Source of the DNA: Nanobdellota archaeon
GTDB lineage: Archaea; Nanobdellota; Nanobdellia; Pacearchaeales; GW2011-AR1
Assembly (NCBI GenBank): GCA_030647095.1
Contig: JAUSKH010000002.1
Location: forward strand, 1 to 39,247
Direction of reading: 5' to 3'
DNA length: 39,247 bases
The translations under genes were made by a program, and so were the position numbers. The notes under the pieces are model-generated. The model was not told where the DNA came from, did no database searches, and saw only the letters and a list, made by a program, of their open reading frames with translations. Positions 35,496 through 39,247 of the stretch are shown here, one piece after another (positions within the stretch are counted from its first letter, which is position 1; every line of letters begins with the position of its first letter).

Positions 35496-36527
35496 ATGGA
35501 AATTAAGGAGAGAGAATTCAGAAAAATAGCTTTGTTGATTTTGATAATCGGTCTTGGAGTACTTACTTACCTTATTCTTCGCCCAATTATGATTTCAATA
35601 ATCGGCGGTTTGCTTCTTGCATATATGTTCTTTCCATTATATCGTCAAATATCAAAGCGCATAGGCTATCCAGGTCTCTCTGCTGGAATTGTGAGTGTTA
35701 TAGTCTTAATTATTATTATTCTGCCTCTATGGTTCCTTATTCCTCCAATGGTACAACAGATCTTTGAGCTTTTCAGAAGTTCTCAGGGTATAGACATACA
35801 AAGCTTCTTGATTAGGCTATTTCCAACAGCATCAGACCAATTCATAACTCAAATTACAGTAACTGCAAATAGTGCAATAAGCAAATTAAGTTCAACAGCT
35901 TTAAATTACTTGGTTGATTTGCTTGTAGACTTCCCAACAATCTCTTTACACTTTCTTCTTGTAGCTTTTGTATTCTTTTTCGCTTTAAAAGACGAAATAA
36001 AATTCAAAGAATTCGCTTCGGCAATATCTCCTCTTAATAAATTTCAGGAGAAAGCTTTGGTAAAACAGTTTAAAGATATAACTGACTCGATAGTGTATGG
36101 TCAAATTCTTGTAGGTATATTTCAAGGAATAGCTACAGGAATAGGTCTAGTTTTGTTTGGCGTTCCAAACGCGCTTTTCCTTACAGTATTTGCAATAATC
36201 TTAGGGATTCTACCCGTTATAGGACCTCCTTTAATATACCTGCCAATTGCTGTTTATCTTTATTCCACGATAAGTTTCCCACTAGCAACTATTTACTTAG
36301 TATACAATCTAGTGGTAGTGTCTATTCTAGAGCATGTAATAAGAGCAAAACTTGTCTCTAGGCGTACTGATATTTCACAAGTATTCATATTAATTGGAAT
36401 GGTTGGAGGATTATTCATATTTGGTATTCTAGGACTTGTTCTTGGTCCACTAATCATTGCGTATTTCATAACTCTGCTCAAAGCCTATAAAGATAATTCC
36501 CTTTCAAGCTTATTCTCTTCAGATTAA
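35496..36527 (+). CDS. AI-2E family transporter
   Basis: LLAYMFFPLY, VYGQILVGIFQG, LPVIGP, GGLFIFGILGLVLGP. Confidence 0.9.
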   Translation: MEIKEREFRKIALLILIIGLGVLTYLILRPIMISIIGGLLLAYMFFPLYRQISKRIGYPGLSAGIVSVIVLIIIILPLWFLIPPMVQQIFELFRSSQGIDIQSFLIRLFPTASDQFITQITVTANSAISKLSSTALNYLVDLLVDFPTISLHFLLVAFVFFFALKDEIKFKEFASAISPLNKFQEKALVKQFKDITDSIVYGQILVGIFQGIATGIGLVLFGVPNALFLTVFAIILGILPVIGPPLIYLPIAVYLYSTISFPLATIYLVYNLVVVSILEHVIRAKLVSRRTDISQVFILIGMVGGLFIFGILGLVLGPLIIAYFITLLKAYKDNSLSSLFSSD

Positions 36528-36778
36528 GCAATTGTAAATCTATTCAAATAACCACATTTCTCACAAGCCACAGTCTTAGTCTTTTTACTTACCCTAGTCT
36601 TTCCATTTAATTTCTCCAAACAATTTTTGCAGAACATCATTCTATATTTCCCTAGCTTAATATTATATTTCATCGCCAATCTTTTTATTTTTCTCACTTC
36701 TTCAGCACTAAATTCCTCTTTTTGGAAGAATTCATCAATTTTCTTTTGCGCCTCTGCCCTAGTAGTTTGTCTTTTCAT
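36524..36778 (-). CDS. rnp4: RNase P protein component 4 (Rpp21), short form
   Basis: RLAMKYNIKL..YRMMFCKNC...VACEKCGYLNRF zinc ribbon. Confidence 0.8.
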   Translation of the reverse strand: MKRQTTRAEAQKKIDEFFQKEEFSAEEVRKIKRLAMKYNIKLGKYRMMFCKNCLEKLNGKTRVSKKTKTVACEKCGYLNRFTIA

Positions 36779-36901
36779 CTTTTTATTAGGTCTATAAGCT
36801 ATAAAAATTTATACAGTTAAAAATTGTTATCTCTAAAAAAAGGTATCTAAAAAGTGACTACAAAGCAAAGATTTAAATATTTCTATTTTATTAGTATTTT
36901 T

Positions 36902-37336
36902 ATGCAAAATCAAACAACAGAAAAAGGGCAAGTCAGTTTTTATGAAAGTCCTGTTTATCAAATAGTAAAACAAATAAAAGAAGAAGGGTATTTACCAGCA
37001 AGTATTAATGGAGCTAAATTAGACGAATCAGACAGTCCTTCTCATTCGGGTGTCGGAATATTAAAATCAAGACCACCTATAAAACAAGGTTTATTAGGGT
37101 TCTTAGGAATTGAAACACGCCAGCGAGCCTTACACCTCGGAACCATATGGTTAGAAAATGATAGGCTTGGCGCAAAATCAGATTCAAACTGGAAGTTAGA
37201 AGCATATGGTAGGGAAAGCTTTTCTGAATTGAAAGAATTCATGGGTGATATGTCAAGCAAATACAATGTCAAAATAGACTCTATTCTATCTAGAGAAACG
37301 CCACATTTAGAGGCCTATGCAAGTGATGACTATTAA
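36902..37336 (+). CDS. Hypothetical protein
   Basis: Open frame with TATA (AAAGATTTAAATA) about 25 nt upstream of ATG 36902. Confidence 0.55.
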   Translation: MQNQTTEKGQVSFYESPVYQIVKQIKEEGYLPASINGAKLDESDSPSHSGVGILKSRPPIKQGLLGFLGIETRQRALHLGTIWLENDRLGAKSDSNWKLEAYGRESFSELKEFMGDMSSKYNVKIDSILSRETPHLEAYASDDY

Positions 37337-37409
37337 TATCTAAAAACTGTTAGATTCTGCTATAAATTTCTAGAGTTAATTTTATTAATATCATTAGACA
37401 TAAAAAAGA

Positions 37410-37766
37410 ATGAAAAACATAGCTCCAAAGATAACTAGACAAAGATTGCTAATAGAAGGTTTCTATTCAATTGATGTAAACAAAGAAGTCATTGAAAACT
37501 ATTTCAAAAAAGTTACTTCCTCCTTAAATCTTAGAATGTACGGCACACCAATAATCTTCTCTCCCGGAGGAGAAGGTAAAGAGGAGAATCAGGGCTATGA
37601 CGCTTTCGTTCCTCTTATAGATTCAGGCATCTCCCTTTATGTATGGTCAAAATCCAAATTCCTTTCATTAATCATCTATACCTGCAAAAGCTTCGATGAA
37701 AATAAAGCAGTAGATGTAACAAAGGATTTCTTTAAGATTAAAGACATAGTTTCAGAAGGATTCTGA
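37410..37766 (+). CDS. S-adenosylmethionine decarboxylase-like protein (divergent)
   Basis: GYDAFVPLIDSGISLYVW...LIIYTCKSFD parallels the SpeD LxESHxxxHTW...DxxTC pattern. Confidence 0.65.
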   Translation: MKNIAPKITRQRLLIEGFYSIDVNKEVIENYFKKVTSSLNLRMYGTPIIFSPGGEGKEENQGYDAFVPLIDSGISLYVWSKSKFLSLIIYTCKSFDENKAVDVTKDFFKIKDIVSEGF

Positions 37767-37793
37767 TTCTTTATTATAAGTTTAAGGAAAATA

Positions 37794-37912
37794 ATGAGGA
37801 CAGCATCTGTGCTTCGCCTCTTGTGGGAGACTAACGCAGCAGACGTAACGAGCTTAGCTATCTGTGTTCGGAATGGGAACAGGCGTTTCCTCGTTACTAT
37901 GGCCGTCTTCAT
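37794..37912 (-). rRNA. rrf: 5S rRNA
   Basis: Reverse strand reads ACGGCCATAG...CCTGTTCCCATTCCGAACACAG.TAGCTAAG...; ends ATGAAGACGGC/GCTGTCCTCAT pair; 119 nt. Confidence 0.93.
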
Positions 37913-37941
37913 AAATGTGCTATTTTGATGGTATTTAAATC

Positions 37942-38610
37942 TTACTTTGTTGCTGCCAGACGTATGTACGATTTTATCATCCTATCTAATTTCTCCACTT
38001 TTGCTGGATGAGAAAAGCCGATAGTGTCTCTAAATTTTTCAATATTGCTCTTTGCAGTTATAGTTAAAACATAGTTTGTATAAACTTTTGATTCTCTTCT
38101 TCTATCATATCTTCCTAGTTTATTTGATTTTATAGCAAACTCATTTTCTAAAATGACTTTTATTTCCTCTAATAATCTTTTTGAGTTAGAAGATAAGGTT
38201 ATACTTCTTTTGATCTCATTAGTCTTTTTGTACAATCTCAATGCTGCACATCCCTCATCATCATATATTGTACGTAAAAACTCAACGTAAAGCTCTCGAC
38301 GATCAATAAATTTAGGCATATACAATGCAAAACTACGATAGTCTGCTAATAAAGATTTTAAGAATGTATGAATTGGTTTATTCTGGACCATAATAAATCG
38401 TGTGCCAGAATTAACTTTGCCCTTAATTAAATGAATATTTCCAAAAAGAAATATTAAGTCTTTCTCAAAACCATTTAATAAAGTATCATTTTTATTATAA
38501 TATGAAAAATATTTATTAGTTACGCACCCATCCCCCATCAAATGAGCAACTACCCTTACCAGAGCTTTAGTTTTTTCTGAATCCAATAATAATTCTTTAT
38601 AATCTTCCAT
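37942..38610 (-). CDS. Free-standing two-motif LAGLIDADG (DOD-type) protein
   Basis: VRVVAHLMGDGC and EFLRTIYDDEGC, C-terminal FRDTIGFSHPAK. No intein splicing motifs and no intron core around it. Confidence 0.85.
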   Translation of the reverse strand: MEDYKELLLDSEKTKALVRVVAHLMGDGCVTNKYFSYYNKNDTLLNGFEKDLIFLFGNIHLIKGKVNSGTRFIMVQNKPIHTFLKSLLADYRSFALYMPKFIDRRELYVEFLRTIYDDEGCAALRLYKKTNEIKRSITLSSNSKRLLEEIKVILENEFAIKSNKLGRYDRRRESKVYTNYVLTITAKSNIEKFRDTIGFSHPAKVEKLDRMIKSYIRLAATK

Positions 38611-38620
38611 TTTATTTTTA

Positions 38621-38654
38621 GGCTCCTAAGATATTTAAATCTTTCGGCTCCTAA
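38621..38654. promoter_or_regulatory. Direct repeat GGCTCCTAA x2 in a divergent promoter region (candidate operator)
   Basis: Copies at 38621-38629 and 38646-38654, interleaved with two TATA-like boxes. Confidence 0.55.
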
Positions 38655-38686
38655 AAACTTATATACTTATTAGTATCTTTATAAAT

Positions 38687-38848
38687 ATGAAAATCCAAAG
38701 GAGACTATCTAGAAAATACAAAAATCAAGTTTATTATAAATATATTCTAGTTATACCAAAAGAAGATATTATAAATGCAGGTTTATCAGAAGGCGATGAA
38801 CTTATTTCTGAAGTTAAAAAAGGCGAGATAAAACTAAGAGTAAAATAA
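38687..38848 (+). CDS. AbrB/SpoVT-like small DNA-binding protein
   Basis: Hand translation MKIQRRLSRKYKNQVYYKYILVIPKEDIINAGLSEGDELISEVKKGEIKLRVK. Confidence 0.75.
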   Translation: MKIQRRLSRKYKNQVYYKYILVIPKEDIINAGLSEGDELISEVKKGEIKLRVK

Positions 38849-38929
38849 AACCAGCATCCATCCCCTTTCTTTTAACTTTGGCAAAACCAAAGAATACACT
38901 TAAAAACTATTCATAATTGGAATAAATAT

Positions 38930-39013
38930 GCAGGAGTAGCGAAGTGGTCAAACGCGCGAGACTCAAGATCTCGTCCCTTAGTGGGTTCAGAGGTTCGAAT
39001 CCTCTCTCCTGCA
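38930..39013 (+). tRNA. tRNA-Leu(CAA), CCA not encoded
   Basis: Acceptor GCAGGAG/CTCCTGC, anticodon arm CGAGA-CTCAAGA-TCTCG, long variable arm, GGTTCGAATCC. Confidence 0.97.
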
Positions 39014-39247
39014 TCTTTGCTCACCGTAGCGAGAAGCACCGCAGCAAAGCGAGGATGCTCGCAGCAAGAGTGAATCGAAGATTATTAAGCAGCGAGCAAG
39101 CCCGCAGAGCTTCAAGGCGAGAGTGAGTCAAAGATGAGTGTATACGAGGAAGGTCACAGCAACAGTAAATCAAAGAGACCTTTTCTAAAAAGAGAATAAA
39201 TTTTTAAACACCTGTAAATAAATACAATCATGAAAGTAGTAAGAATA

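Noticed and set aside
37676..37912. 78-aa minus-strand ORF
   Set aside because: Coincides with the 5S rRNA gene.
37942..38610. Intein
   Set aside because: No N-terminal Cys/Ser block, no C-terminal His-Asn and no host extein.
38944..39136. 60-aa ORF, or SRP RNA, downstream of tRNA-Leu
   Set aside because: The ORF starts inside the tRNA, and I see no SRP helix-8 motif; kept only as an unexplained structured trailer.
1..39247. Second DGR target, avd gene, CRISPR array or prophage
   Set aside because: By eye I found no other TR-like segment, no Avd-like ORF, no regularly spaced repeats, and no cas, integrase or virion genes.

Overview
AT-rich archaeal chromosome segment, most consistent with a DPANN lineage such as Pacearchaeota/Woesearchaeota (inferred from S19e-L39e-L31e, Cbf5, TrmY, Hjc, Rpp21, a histone-fold protein, unlinked 23S and 5S genes, and TATA boxes about 25 nt upstream of start codons). 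It holds the 3' part of a 23S rRNA gene split by two group I introns at E. coli-equivalent sites 1931 and 2593. The first intron carries a two-motif LAGLIDADG gene. The second appears to end in A rather than the canonical omega-G and carries a small membrane-protein ORF that has a chromosomal paralog 1.6 kb downstream. Also present are RNase P RNA, tRNA-Phe, tRNA-Leu and 5S rRNA; a diversity-generating retroelement (target/VR, TR, RT) with no recognisable avd but a Cys-less glutaredoxin-like ORF behind the RT; a double-hairpin palindromic element found both intergenically and in frame inside an ATPase; two AbrB-PIN toxin-antitoxin pairs plus two orphan antitoxin-tail ORFs; a ~10.5 kb operon of pilin-like and large Cys-rich/Gly-zipper surface proteins present as one fused and one split copy; and bacterial-type genes (lgt, class II lysS, cobO, alkD). 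All calls come from reading the sequence by eye; no searches were run.
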